A model generated the notes under the pieces. It was not told where the DNA came from. It made no database searches and saw only the letters and a program-made list of their open reading frames with translations. Of a stretch of DNA of 64,000 nucleotides, positions 29,417 through 40,504 are shown one piece after another; position 1 is the stretch's first letter, and every line of letters starts with the position of its first letter. A program made the translations under genes and the position numbers. The stretch comes from Paramoeba atlantica (Eukaryota > Protista > Discosea), in assembly GCA_977017575.1 (NCBI GenBank), contig CDRNVI010000029.1, positions 1-64,000 of the forward strand, given 5' to 3'.

Positions 29417-29419
<3 letters not shown>
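25121..29419 (-). mobile_element. Full-length family D copy 2 (SL at 29383-29419 with an 8-nt duplication of its 3' end)
   Basis: Near-identical to D1. Confidence 0.93.
25269..29351 (-). CDS. Family D polyprotein, 1360 aa
   Basis: Same translation as D1 in the ORF track. Confidence 0.95.
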   Translation of the reverse strand: MVALTRSVAIRSGQHIETPPLPLCRGHKNRPLKDSLLPNPHDAKTSPTDSPVKISDLPREDSTNPCKHICKNKLTCKHSCCKRDLNTGTEFTRPHATQENLSTKPCHHSCKVKSTCRHQCCKRAHAPARTAQWRRLLTVPITYIQFAYVLVTIVFFILKYTSVIVGNVLALGCTVTWTVACLVGSIILKTRGLLSLRSKDVAAPGHDPPVTLNLCTRKRNCVSPQPAPPTTFSVTLSNPPSFELLIPVSPTDETDSTQETVLCDPHRAVTLAGPATEAVVPPLHSAGDPPLPERRYCPADGCAWSAQSHGGKWQAFYNHVASRHAEGIPLEWWAREGRFLCTVCNKHFVLTKKEAHSIQCYGADPPPTQPSPTTDLPDPAYPSETPEESSLPPTIDPPCFPSLRAVCTTPMTTSKDVPFRCRRQWATVLTATVATAERENTVAAWTRLAMLPKCVLPAPHRRGRKGNSSYASHVRKCLDRWEAHEYSALWKEAVLEHQKKRKQGSGAGTLLDEEKKAIRSELLVRQGEVSRGIAALTSAPMAPDNEETYNKLVTKHPSRLFGPLRQSAPSSNEIISLTVNEDDVRKAIQSFNRGSSGGTMALRAEHIQAALFAGTDTDVHPLESLTKLANHLLAGKAPVEAQQYYAGARLCALQKGQNDVRPIAAGETLRRMVSKAACSVVKSKASTLFQGRQYGVATASGSERVIHLCRQVVESTKNDPEFVLCKVDLRNAFNTVSRAAFISLSEKHFPELTPWINWCYSTDSALTYGSQTVASTEGVQQGDPLGPLLFSMVLREITELIENEVPSGLLLHLWYLDDGVLAGKSDSVRRALDAIACAGPQWGLHLNASKCEIISHPVSSRCTDSFTTIPARMKNHEGNFSILGSPVGSEEFCIEYLREFAIEPAEATLKAIGILEDPQVALTLIRHCAGFCQLVYSLRTTPPKYMVDLCQRLDNAVLRATELILCPLDAPARAQIQRDKRHGGFGLRSSVIHSSAAYVSSAAFAGSQDDWAPSEAKWFSEAVERVNRQAGKTLVDSTTGKIQEALIHKDYNASTNPLNAHHDHSLDAGMNEKLIIPRQKHLCREIGDREFSSAYEAADFNTRARLISQTGRGAASWAFVIPSKERGYSYTPTEFRALSRWWLGADIYPGTRPCPMGRCQQPLGPKGDHAVSCKCGHGIMTRHNALACQFVDFCSKAHLAPQREVSLGNRGPAGAPTRPGDVVLPSIGLGKSLVLDFAVTHVQQPKYADLVRNANGVTAGSFAESYATSHKQVQRRDAETAGHDFAAMVVGSYGSWSDSALAVLKKVGAWRSATSQGTMDRGTATANLIRDLNVTLMRAQARMMVARMAEDDPDPPLLLN

Positions 29420-29454
<35 letters not shown>

Positions 29455-29456
<2 letters not shown>

Positions 29457-32400
29457 AATTAATAGGGGGGAAGAGTATGAGTTCTAACTTTCTATGAATG
29501 TACGGTATCAGTTTTTTTTTTTTTTTTTTCAAATTTATCTCTATAAATCAATCTACAACAAATCACTCTATTTGACGAAACCAAACTAAAGAAAAGAAAA
29601 AGAAAAGAAAAATGCATCACCCTCTAATTCAGGAGCAGAGGTGGATCCGGGTCATCTTCTGCCATCCGCGCCACCATCATACGAGCCTGAGCTCGCATTA
29701 AAGTGACATTCAAGTCACGGATGAGATTTGCCGTCGCCGTTCCCCTGTCCATCGTCCCTTGGGACGTAGCAGAGCGCCACGCTCCAACCTTCTTAAGCAC
29801 AGCGAGGGCGCTGTCGGACCACGAGCCATAGGAGCCTACGACCATGGCCGCGAAGTCGTGCCCAGCAGTCTCGGCGTCCCGTCGCTGCACCTGCTTATGG
29901 CTTGTGGCATAGCTCTCGGCGAATGATCCCGCCGTCACCCCGTTAGCGTTACGGACGAGGTCCGCGTATTTGGGTTGCTGAACGTGGGTAACGGCGAAAT
30001 CAAGCACCAGAGACTTGCCTAAGCCAATGCTGGGCAAAACGACATCACCAGGCCTCGTGGGCGCTCCAGCGGGACCGCGATTGCCAAGACTTACCTCCCG
30101 TTGGGGGGCGAGGTGCGCCTTACTGCAGAAATCGACAAATTGACACGCCAGCGCGTTGTGGCGCGTCATGATGCCATGTCCACACTTACAGGACACGGCA
30201 TGGTCGCCTTTTGGTCCCAACGGTTGCTGACACCTCCCCATAGGACAGGGCCGCGTTCCGGGGTAAATGTCTGCTCCCAACCACCAGCGGGACAAGGCGC
30301 GAAACTCAGTAGGAGTGTAAGAGTATCCTCTCTCCTTGGAGGGAATAACGAATGCCCAACTCGCGGCCCCTCTCCCAGTTTGCGAAATCAAACGTGCGCG
30401 TGTGTTGAAGTCTGCTGCCTCATATGCTGAAGAAAATTCCCGGTCGCCTATCTCGCGACAAAGGTGTTTCTGTCGCGGGATAATCAGCTTTTCATTCATC
30501 CCGGCATCTAGGCTGTGATCATGGTGTGCATTGAGAGGGTTGGTTGATGCGTTATAATCTTTGTGGATTAGTGCCTCCTGTATTTTGCCGGTTGTCGAAT
30601 CCACCAAAGTCTTTCCCGCCTGGCGGTTAACACGCTCCACTGCCTCGGAAAACCATTTCGCCTCGGACGGTGCCCAGTCATCTTGAGAACCCGCAAAGGC
30701 TGCTGAAGAGACATAAGCTGCAGATGAATGTATAACGGAGGATCTTAGGCCAAAACCACCGTGTCTCTTGTCGCGTTGGATTTGTGCTCGTGCCGGGGCG
30801 TCTAGAGGACAGAGTATAAGCTCCGTAGCGCGGAGCACGGCGTTATCAAGCCTCTGACAGAGGTCTACCATGTATTTTGGTGGCGTTGTGCGGAGGGAGT
30901 AGACTAATTGGCAAAAGCCAGCGCAGTGGCGAATTAGCGTGAGGGCTACCTGTGGGTCTTCTAGTATGCCTATCGCCTTTAGAGTTGCTTCCGCAGGTTC
31001 GATCGCAAACTCACGTAGGTATTCAATACAGAACTCTTCTGACCCTACTGGGCTACCCAAAATGCTAAAGTTTCCTTCGTGATTTTTCATTCTGGCTGGG
31101 ATGGTAGTGAATGAGTCCGTGCAACGCGAGGATACCGGATGAGATATTATCTCGCATTTACTCGCATTAAGATGGAGCCCCCACTGAGGTCCCGCACATG
31201 CTATAGCATCCAACGCCCTCCGTACGCTGTCGGATTTTCCGGCTAAAACACCGTCATCGAGATACCAAAGGTGCAAGAGGAGTCCGCTGGGCACTTCATT
31301 CTCGATCAGTTCAGTAATCTCTCGCAGAACCATGGAGAAAAGGAGGGGCCCTAAAGGGTCCCCCTGTTGAACTCCTTCGGTGGAGGCAACTGTTTGAGAA
31401 CCATATGTGAGTGCGCTATCGGTGGAGTAGCACCAATTTATCCAAGGAGTCAACTCGGGGAAGTGCTTTTCTGATAGAGATATGAACGCCGCCCTGGAAA
31501 CCGTATTGAATGCGTTACGAAGGTCCACCTTGCATAAGACAAACTCTGGGTCATTCTTTGTGGACTCCACCACTTGGCGGCAGAGGTGGATAACCCTTTC
31601 GGAGCCAGATGCCGTTGCCACACCATATTGACGTCCTTGGAAAAGTGTGCTAGCTTTGGACTTTACAACAGAGCAGGCAGCCTTGCTGACCATGCGGCGC
31701 AACGTTTCCCCTGCTGCGATAGGTCTTACATCATTTTGCCCTTTCTGCAATGCACACAATCGAGCCCCTGCGTAATATTGTTGTGCTTCAACTGGAGCCT
31801 TACCGGCGAGTAGGTGATTGGCAAGCTTTGTGAGACTCTCGAGGGGATGAACATCCGTGTCAGTTCCAGCGAATAATGCCGCTTGTATGTGTTCCGCTCG
31901 TAGCGCCATGGTTCCACCTGAGGAGCCCCTGTTAAAGCTTTGGATCGCCTTTCGTACATCATCCTCATTGACAGTCAAGGAAATGATTTCGTTGGAGGAC
32001 GGTGCGCTTTGGCGTAGTGGACCGAACAGCCGGCTCGGGTGCTTGGTGACTAGTTTGTTATATGTCTCCTCATTGTCGGGTGCCATTGGCGCCGAAGTGA
32101 GTGCAGCTATTCCTCGAGAAACTTCTCCTTGACGGACCAGTAGTTCGGAGCGAATCGCTTTCTTTTCCTCATCCAGTAGTGTACCTGCTCCGGATCCTTG
32201 CTTCCTCTTCTTCTGGTGTTCAAGTACAGCTTCTTTCCACAGGGCTGAATATTCGTGTGCTTCCCAGCGATCCAGACATTTCCGCACGTGGGAGGCGTAC
32301 GAGCTATTTCCCTTTCGTCCTCTTCTATGCGGGGCTGGAAGGACACATTTCGGAAGCATCGCTAGTCGTGTCCATGCAGCGACGGTGTTCTCCCTCTCGG

Positions 32401-33355
32401 CTGTTGCGACGGTGGCTGTTAGGACCGTAGCCCACTGGCGTCGGCATCGGAAAGGAACGTCTTTGGACGTGGTCATAGGTGTTGTACAGACCGCTCTTAG
32501 GCTAGGGAAACATGGTGGGTCTATAGTGGGCGGTAAGCTAGATTCCTCTGGCGTCTCTGAAGGGTACGCGGGGTCAGGAAGATCTGTTGTTGGTGATGGC
32601 TGTGTGGGAGGTGGGTCCGCCCCGTAGCATTGAATTGAATGGGCTTCCTTCTTGGTCAACACAAAATGTTTGTTGCACACCGTGCAAAGAAATCTGCCTT
32701 CACGTGCCCACCACTCTAGCGGTATGCCTTCGGCGTGTCGGGAGGCCACATGATTATAAAAAGCTTGCCATTTGCCGCCGTGGGATTGTGCGGACCACGC
32801 ACATCCGTCTGCCGGACAGTACCGACGTTCCGGGAGGGGCGGGTCCCCCGCAGAATGAAGAGGTGGCACGACAGCTTCCGTTGCAGGACCAGCTAGAGTC
32901 ACAGCGCGGTGAGGGTCGCATAGTACGGTCTCCTGAGTTGAGTCAGTCTCGTCGGTTGGGGATACAGGAATCAATAACTCAAAGCTAGGAGGATTGCTCA
33001 AGGTAACAGAGAACGTGGTGGGGGGGGCAGGTTGCGGTGAGACACAATTTCGTTTACGTGTGCAGAGGTTTAGCGTCACAGGGGGGTCATGACCTGGTGC
33101 GGCAACGTCCTTGGAACGAAGTGAAAGCAGACCACGCGTTTTCAATATAATGCTCCCGACCAGGCATGCGACTGTCCAAGTCACCGTGCATCCTAGGGCG
33201 AGGACGTTCCCTACAATAACGCTAGTGTACTTAAGTATGAAGAAGACGATCGTCACCAGTACGTATGCAAACTGTATGTATGTGATGGGAACTGTCAATA
33301 GGCGCCTCCACTGCGCCGTGCGGGCTGGGGCGTGTGCACGCTTACAGCACTGGTG
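29455..33355 (-). mobile_element. 5'-truncated family D copy 3 (ORF part 29624-33355)
   Basis: Starts at ...HQCCKR directly after poly(A), no SL. Confidence 0.92.
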
Positions 33356-33374
33356 TTTTTTTTTTTTTTTTTTT

Positions 33375-36131
33375 ATGAAACGCGGCATTGCCTCTATATT
33401 ACCCAATACATGAACCATGAAGGTCCATTGGGGGGGGTATATGATTTGTAAACAAGCAATCAAATTTGCAATTTCACATGTTGTAGCCCAAAACTAGTAA
33501 TTCAACCTGCCTTAAGTTATTTATGATTCTGATAACAATAATAATAAAAAAGGAAGCAATCCACGCCCAATCCATCCGCGCGTTCTGGACCGGGTCTTTC
33601 GACCTCTCCACGGCCTGACTTGTGGACCCTTCCCTTGTTATACGGGAGGGCGCAGGCGCGGGCCTGTGTCGACAGCGACACGGTCGCGAAACAGGATGCT
33701 GGCCGACGGGGAGGAGATTCACTACCCGTGTACTACCTCACTTGGGGTACCTAGCCCTGACGGACTAGGCGTGAGCATAGACTCTGTCGACTCGACCAGC
33801 ATCCGGGCCAGAGGTATGTGGCCCTGCGCATGGCGTCTTCACCATGCCCCTAAGCGCCTTCAAGGGGGGCGTTAGGGTCACTGACAACTATCCTGGAGAC
33901 CATCATCCGAGCCTGGGAACGCATCAACGTGACATTAAGCTCTTTCAAAAGGATGTTTCGTGCCTGAGTGTCTGTTAAAAGACCGTTCGACGCGTTGGCA
34001 CGTAACGCTCCCACCTTCCACAGGACCGTCAAGGCACTTCTGCTCCATGAGCCGAAGGACTCAACAATCATCGCTGTGAACAGTAACTGAGCTGCTTCCG
34101 CTTCTTGGCGCTGCTTCCCTTTCGTTTCAGAGAAGTGTTCAGCAAAAGACCCCGCAGCCACCCAGCTAGCATTACGGACTGAGTCCAAATACTTCAATTG
34201 CTGTGCGTGGGTGACTGCGAAGTCTAGAACCATGCCACCTCCCAGTTCATAGTTGGGAAGAAAAACATCGCCTGGTCTGGTGAGTCCTCCTCCAGGTCCC
34301 CGATTTCCGAGACTTTTTTCCCTTTGCGGAGCCATATTGGCCTTGCTGCAGAAGGAGGTGAACTGTTGGCAGACCGCATTGTGGCGGGTGATGAGGCCGT
34401 GCCCGTTCTTACACATCAGAGCGTGTTCCCCATTTTTTAGGAGTGGTAAGTCACATCCTTTTGCTGGACAAGGTCGATCCTCTGGATAGACATCCATGCC
34501 CAACCACCAGCGGGATAAGGTACGGAACTCTGTGGGAGTGAAAGCGTATCCCTTGGTCCGCGAAGGAGTCACGAAAGCCCAGCTCCCGGCACCTTTTCCG
34601 GACTCTGATATCCATCTTGCACGTGTGCGGGGGTCAGCCTTCTCGTATGCAGTGTTAAATTCTTGCTGGGAAATGACTTGGCTGAGCTGTTGCTGTCTAG
34701 GGATAATCATCTCCGGTTCGGCCGTCTTCTCTGATCCCTTTTTATTCTGCGTCCGCCGAGGGCGTTTTGTTTGCGAGGACAAGCTATGACGTAGATCAGA
34801 ATCTGTGCGAGGATTGTTTTGTTTGGGAGTGCGTCCTGTGCATGGGTCCACAAGCGCTGCGCCTGCTTTATCGTTTACGTCTTGCACGGAGGTAGTAAAT
34901 CCTTGAGCTTCCAAGGGGTCCCAGTCGTCCATGTCGGCGGCATGAGCGACAGATGAAACGTATGCCGCCGTTGCGTGCAGTGTCGACGATCTGAGACCGA
35001 AGCCTCCGTGGCGCTTCCTGCGTAGTATTTGATCACGTGCGGGGGGGTCCAGGGGAAAAAGTGCCCGCTCTACAGCCGTCATGACAGAGTCGTCTAGTAA
35101 AAAGCAAAGATGGGTAAGGGCCTGTGGGGGTGTAGTTCGGAGGGCGTATACCATCTGACAGAACCCCGTGCATTGACGGATTAGAGCACTGGCCACTTGG
35201 GGGTCTCCTATTAAACCTATGGCGGCTAGGGTCTCACGTGCTGGGTCGATGGCGTGCTGCATCAGGAACTCCGCGCAGTGCTCGTCCGACCCGATCGGGC
35301 TCCCAAGGATATCGAAGTTCCCGTCGTGCCGGATTTTCGCCTTTGGGATCTCGGGAAAAAGCGTTGTGAGATGAGCCGAGGCAGGTGGCGTTATGATTTC
35401 ACTTTTCGCAGGATTCAAGAAAAGTCCGCACCGGGGGCCAACTTCCGAAAAAACGTCCACCGCCTTTCTGACCTCCACAGCCTCTCCCATAAGAACCCCA
35501 TCGTCGAGGTACCACAGTTGCGAGTCAAGGTTTGATCGGGATGCTATCTCTTCCGTCACCTCAGAAAGCACTAGAGAGAATAAAAGTGGGCCTAAAGGAT
35601 CACCTTGTTGCACGCCTTCGGCTGAAGAGATGAAATTGTTTCCATACGTGAGGCAACTCGGACTTGAGTAGCACCATTCTACCCAGGGCGAAAGTTCCGG
35701 AAAATGTAGGCGCGTGAGAAGAGCGAAGACGGGTCTGCTGACGTTGTTAAAAGCGTTTCGCAGATCAACCTTGCAGAAAACCAGCTTGTCGCTCCCCATG
35801 TTGTTGAGCATAGTTTTCCGACAGAGATGAATCACTCGTTCGGACCCCGCAGATGCGGCAACACCGTATTGGCGTCCACGGAATAACGTTCCCGCCTTCT
35901 CCTTTACGGCGAGGCATGCTGCCTTGCTTACTAGGCGCCTTAGGGTTTCGCCCGCCGCAATGGGACGTACGTCGTCTTCGCCTTTCTCCAGAGCACAAAG
36001 TCTAGCTCCTGCATAGGACTGCTGAACTTCAGGCGGCGCCTTTCCCTCGAGTAAGTGGTTCACGAGGCGTTTGAGAGCTGAGAGAGGACTTACGTTTTTG
36101 TCCTCGTGTTCCAAAATAGCCGACTGGAGAC
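33375..36131 (-). mobile_element. 5'-truncated family C copy (ORF part 33850-36131; structured RNA 33572-33804)
   Basis: RT (QQGDPLGP, WYLDDG) and RLE (RHN, RPGDV, LDFAV) related to family A; tail nearly identical to that of A1. Confidence 0.92.
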
Positions 36132-36155
36132 TTTTTTTTTTTTTTTTTTTTTTTT

Positions 36156-39100
36156 AGGGGGGAAGAGTATGAGTTCTAACTTTCTATGAATGTACGGTAT
36201 CAGTTTTTTTTTTTTTTTTTTTCAAATTTATCTCTATAAATCAATCTACAACAAATCACTCTATTTGACGAAACCAAACTAAAGAAAAGAAAAAGAAAAG
36301 AAAAATGCATCACCCTCTAATTCAGGAGCAGAGGTGGATCCGGGTCATCTTCTGCCATCCGCGCCACCATCATACGAGCCTGAGCTCGCATTAAAGTGAC
36401 ATTCAAGTCACGGATGAGATTTGCCGTCGCCGTTCCCCTGTCCATCGTCCCTTGGGACGTAGCAGAGCGCCACGCTCCAACCTTCTTAAGCACAGCGAGG
36501 GCGCTGTCGGACCACGAGCCATAGGAGCCTACGACCATGGCCGCGAAGTCGTGCCCAGCAGTCTCGGCGTCCCGTCGCTGCACCTGCTTATGGCTTGTGG
36601 CATAGCTCTCGGCGAATGATCCCGCCGTCACCCCGTTAGCGTTACGGACGAGGTCCGCGTATTTGGGTTGCTGAACGTGGGTAACGGCGAAATCAAGCAC
36701 CAGAGACTTGCCTAAGCCAATGCTGGGCAAAACGACATCACCAGGCCTCGTGGGCGCTCCAGCGGGACCGCGATTGCCAAGACTTACCTCCCGTTGGGGG
36801 GCGAGGTGCGCCTTACTGCAGAAATCGACAAATTGACACGCCAGCGCGTTGTGGCGCGTCATGATGCCATGTCCACACTTACAGGACACGGCATGGTCGC
36901 CTTTTGGTCCCAACGGTTGCTGACACCTCCCCATAGGACAGGGCCGCGTTCCGGGGTAAATGTCTGCTCCCAACCACCAGCGGGACAAGGCGCGAAACTC
37001 AGTAGGAGTGTAAGAGTATCCTCTCTCCTTGGAGGGAATAACGAATGCCCAACTCGCGGCCCCTCTCCCAGTTTGCGAAATCAAACGTGCGCGTGTGTTG
37101 AAGTCTGCTGCCTCATATGCTGAAGAAAATTCCCGGTCGCCTATCTCGCGACAAAGGTGTTTCTGTCGCGGGATAATCAGCTTTTCATTCATCCCGGCAT
37201 CTAGGCTGTGATCATGGTGTGCATTGAGAGGGTTGGTTGATGCGTTATAATCTTTGTGGATTAGTGCCTCCTGTATTTTGCCGGTTGTCGAATCCACCAA
37301 AGTCTTTCCCGCCTGGCGGTTAACACGCTCCACTGCCTCGGAAAACCATTTCGCCTCGGACGGTGCCCAGTCATCTTGAGAACCCGCAAAGGCTGCTGAA
37401 GAGACATAAGCTGCAGATGAATGTATAACGGAGGATCTTAGGCCAAAACCACCGTGTCTCTTGTCGCGTTGGATTTGTGCTCGTGCCGGGGCGTCTAGAG
37501 GACAGAGTATAAGCTCCGTAGCGCGGAGCACGGCGTTATCAAGCCTCTGACAGAGGTCTACCATGTATTTTGGTGGCGTTGTGCGGAGGGAGTAGACTAA
37601 TTGGCAAAAGCCAGCGCAGTGGCGAATTAGCGTGAGGGCTACCTGTGGGTCTTCTAGTATGCCTATCGCCTTTAGAGTTGCTTCCGCAGGTTCGATCGCA
37701 AACTCACGTAGGTATTCAATACAGAACTCTTCTGACCCTACTGGGCTACCCAAAATGCTAAAGTTTCCTTCGTGATTTTTCATTCTGGCTGGGATGGTAG
37801 TGAATGAGTCCGTGCAACGCGAGGATACCGGATGAGATATTATCTCGCATTTACTCGCATTAAGATGGAGCCCCCACTGAGGTCCCGCACATGCTATAGC
37901 ATCCAACGCCCTCCGTACGCTGTCGGATTTTCCGGCTAAAACACCGTCATCGAGATACCAAAGGTGCAAGAGGAGTCCGCTGGGCACTTCATTCTCGATC
38001 AGTTCAGTAATCTCTCGCAGAACCATGGAGAAAAGGAGGGGCCCTAAAGGGTCCCCCTGTTGAACTCCTTCGGTGGAGGCAACTGTTTGAGAACCATATG
38101 TGAGTGCGCTATCGGTGGAGTAGCACCAATTTATCCAAGGAGTCAACTCGGGGAAGTGCTTTTCTGATAGAGATATGAACGCCGCCCTGGAAACCGTATT
38201 GAATGCGTTACGAAGGTCCACCTTGCATAAGACAAACTCTGGGTCATTCTTTGTGGACTCCACCACTTGGCGGCAGAGGTGGATAACCCTTTCGGAGCCA
38301 GATGCCGTTGCCACACCATATTGACGTCCTTGGAAAAGTGTGCTAGCTTTGGACTTTACAACAGAGCAGGCAGCCTTGCTGACCATGCGGCGCAACGTTT
38401 CCCCTGCTGCGATAGGTCTTACATCATTTTGCCCTTTCTGCAATGCACACAATCGAGCCCCTGCGTAATATTGTTGTGCTTCAACTGGAGCCTTACCGGC
38501 GAGTAGGTGATTGGCAAGCTTTGTGAGACTCTCGAGGGGATGAACATCCGTGTCAGTTCCAGCGAATAATGCCGCTTGTATGTGTTCCGCTCGTAGCGCC
38601 ATGGTTCCACCTGAGGAGCCCCTGTTAAAGCTTTGGATCGCCTTTCGTACATCATCCTCATTGACAGTCAAGGAAATGATTTCGTTGGAGGACGGTGCGC
38701 TTTGGCGTAGTGGACCGAACAGCCGGCTCGGGTGCTTGGTGACTAGTTTGTTATATGTCTCCTCATTGTCGGGTGCCATTGGCGCCGAAGTGAGTGCAGC
38801 TATTCCTCGAGAAACTTCTCCTTGACGGACCAGTAGTTCGGAGCGAATCGCTTTCTTTTCCTCATCCAGTAGTGTACCTGCTCCGGATCCTTGCTTCCTC
38901 TTCTTCTGGTGTTCAAGTACAGCTTCTTTCCACAGGGCTGAATATTCGTGTGCTTCCCAGCGATCCAGACATTTCCGCACGTGGGAGGCGTACGAGCTAT
39001 TTCCCTTTCGTCCTCTTCTATGCGGGGCTGGAAGGACACATTTCGGAAGCATCGCTAGTCGTGTCCATGCAGCGACGGTGTTCTCCCTCTCGGCTGTTGC

Positions 39101-40464
39101 GACGGTGGCTGTTAGGACCGTAGCCCACTGGCGTCGGCATCGGAAAGGAACGTCTTTGGACGTGGTCATAGGTGTTGTACAGACCGCTCTTAGGCTAGGG
39201 AAACATGGTGGGTCTATAGTGGGCGGTAAGCTAGATTCCTCTGGCGTCTCTGAAGGGTACGCGGGGTCAGGAAGATCTGTTGTTGGTGATGGCTGTGTGG
39301 GAGGTGGGTCCGCCCCGTAGCATTGAATTGAATGGGCTTCCTTCTTGGTCAACACAAAATGTTTGTTGCACACCGTGCAAAGAAATCTGCCTTCACGTGC
39401 CCACCACTCTAGCGGTATGCCTTCGGCGTGTCGGGAGGCCACATGATTATAAAAAGCTTGCCATTTGCCGCCGTGGGATTGTGCGGACCACGCACATCCG
39501 TCTGCCGGACAGTACCGACGTTCCGGGAGGGGCGGGTCCCCCGCAGAATGAAGAGGTGGCACGACAGCTTCCGTTGCAGGACCAGCTAGAGTCACAGCGC
39601 GGTGAGGGTCGCATAGTACGGTCTCCTGAGTTGAGTCAGTCTCGTCGGTTGGGGATACAGGAATCAATAACTCAAAGCTAGGAGGATTGCTCAAGGTAAC
39701 AGAGAACGTGGTGGGGGGGGCAGGTTGCGGTGAGACACAATTTCGTTTACGTGTGCAGAGGTTTAGCGTCACAGGGGGGTCATGACCTGGTGCGGCAACG
39801 TCCTTGGAACGAAGTGAAAGCAGACCACGCGTTTTCAATATAATGCTCCCGACCAGGCATGCGACTGTCCAAGTCACCGTGCATCCTAGGGCGAGGACGT
39901 TCCCTACAATAACGCTAGTGTACTTAAGTATGAAGAAGACGATCGTCACCAGTACGTATGCAAACTGTATGTATGTGATGGGAACTGTCAATAGGCGCCT
40001 CCACTGCGCCGTGCGGGCTGGGGCGTGTGCACGCTTACAGCACTGGTGTCTGCACGTCGACTTTACCTTGCAGCTGTGGTGGCACGGTTTCGTGGACAGA
40101 TTTTCCTGCGTCGCGTGTGGCCGCGTGAATTCCGTACCAGTGTTGAGATCGCGCTTGCAACAACTGTGTTTGCATGTCAGTTTGTTTTTACATATGTGTT
40201 TGCAAGGATTAGTGGAATCTTCGCGAGGGAGATCAGAAATTTTTACCGGTGAATCCGTCGGAGAAGTTTTTGCGTCGTGGGGATTTGGAAGCAAGGAATC
40301 CTTCAGGGGGCGGTTCTTATGTCCGCGGCACAAAGGTAAGGGTGGTGTTTCAATGTGTTGGCCCGAGCGTATGGCTACGGAGCGAGTCAACGCGACCATT
40401 TGGAGAGGATTAGTAAATAAATCAACAAGGCAACAAGGTACAGAAACTGTATCTTTATCGTTAA

Positions 40465-40467
<3 letters not shown>
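36156..40467 (-). mobile_element. Full-length family D copy 4 (SL at 40431-40467 with the 8-nt duplication)
   Basis: Same 5' junction as D2. Confidence 0.93.
36317..40399 (-). CDS. Family D polyprotein, 1360 aa
   Basis: Same translation as D1 and D2. Confidence 0.95.
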   Translation of the reverse strand: MVALTRSVAIRSGQHIETPPLPLCRGHKNRPLKDSLLPNPHDAKTSPTDSPVKISDLPREDSTNPCKHICKNKLTCKHSCCKRDLNTGTEFTRPHATQENLSTKPCHHSCKVKSTCRHQCCKRAHAPARTAQWRRLLTVPITYIQFAYVLVTIVFFILKYTSVIVGNVLALGCTVTWTVACLVGSIILKTRGLLSLRSKDVAAPGHDPPVTLNLCTRKRNCVSPQPAPPTTFSVTLSNPPSFELLIPVSPTDETDSTQETVLCDPHRAVTLAGPATEAVVPPLHSAGDPPLPERRYCPADGCAWSAQSHGGKWQAFYNHVASRHAEGIPLEWWAREGRFLCTVCNKHFVLTKKEAHSIQCYGADPPPTQPSPTTDLPDPAYPSETPEESSLPPTIDPPCFPSLRAVCTTPMTTSKDVPFRCRRQWATVLTATVATAERENTVAAWTRLAMLPKCVLPAPHRRGRKGNSSYASHVRKCLDRWEAHEYSALWKEAVLEHQKKRKQGSGAGTLLDEEKKAIRSELLVRQGEVSRGIAALTSAPMAPDNEETYNKLVTKHPSRLFGPLRQSAPSSNEIISLTVNEDDVRKAIQSFNRGSSGGTMALRAEHIQAALFAGTDTDVHPLESLTKLANHLLAGKAPVEAQQYYAGARLCALQKGQNDVRPIAAGETLRRMVSKAACSVVKSKASTLFQGRQYGVATASGSERVIHLCRQVVESTKNDPEFVLCKVDLRNAFNTVSRAAFISLSEKHFPELTPWINWCYSTDSALTYGSQTVASTEGVQQGDPLGPLLFSMVLREITELIENEVPSGLLLHLWYLDDGVLAGKSDSVRRALDAIACAGPQWGLHLNASKCEIISHPVSSRCTDSFTTIPARMKNHEGNFSILGSPVGSEEFCIEYLREFAIEPAEATLKAIGILEDPQVALTLIRHCAGFCQLVYSLRTTPPKYMVDLCQRLDNAVLRATELILCPLDAPARAQIQRDKRHGGFGLRSSVIHSSAAYVSSAAFAGSQDDWAPSEAKWFSEAVERVNRQAGKTLVDSTTGKIQEALIHKDYNASTNPLNAHHDHSLDAGMNEKLIIPRQKHLCREIGDREFSSAYEAADFNTRARLISQTGRGAASWAFVIPSKERGYSYTPTEFRALSRWWLGADIYPGTRPCPMGRCQQPLGPKGDHAVSCKCGHGIMTRHNALACQFVDFCSKAHLAPQREVSLGNRGPAGAPTRPGDVVLPSIGLGKSLVLDFAVTHVQQPKYADLVRNANGVTAGSFAESYATSHKQVQRRDAETAGHDFAAMVVGSYGSWSDSALAVLKKVGAWRSATSQGTMDRGTATANLIRDLNVTLMRAQARMMVARMAEDDPDPPLLLN

Positions 40468-40502
<35 letters not shown>

Positions 40503-40504
<2 letters not shown>

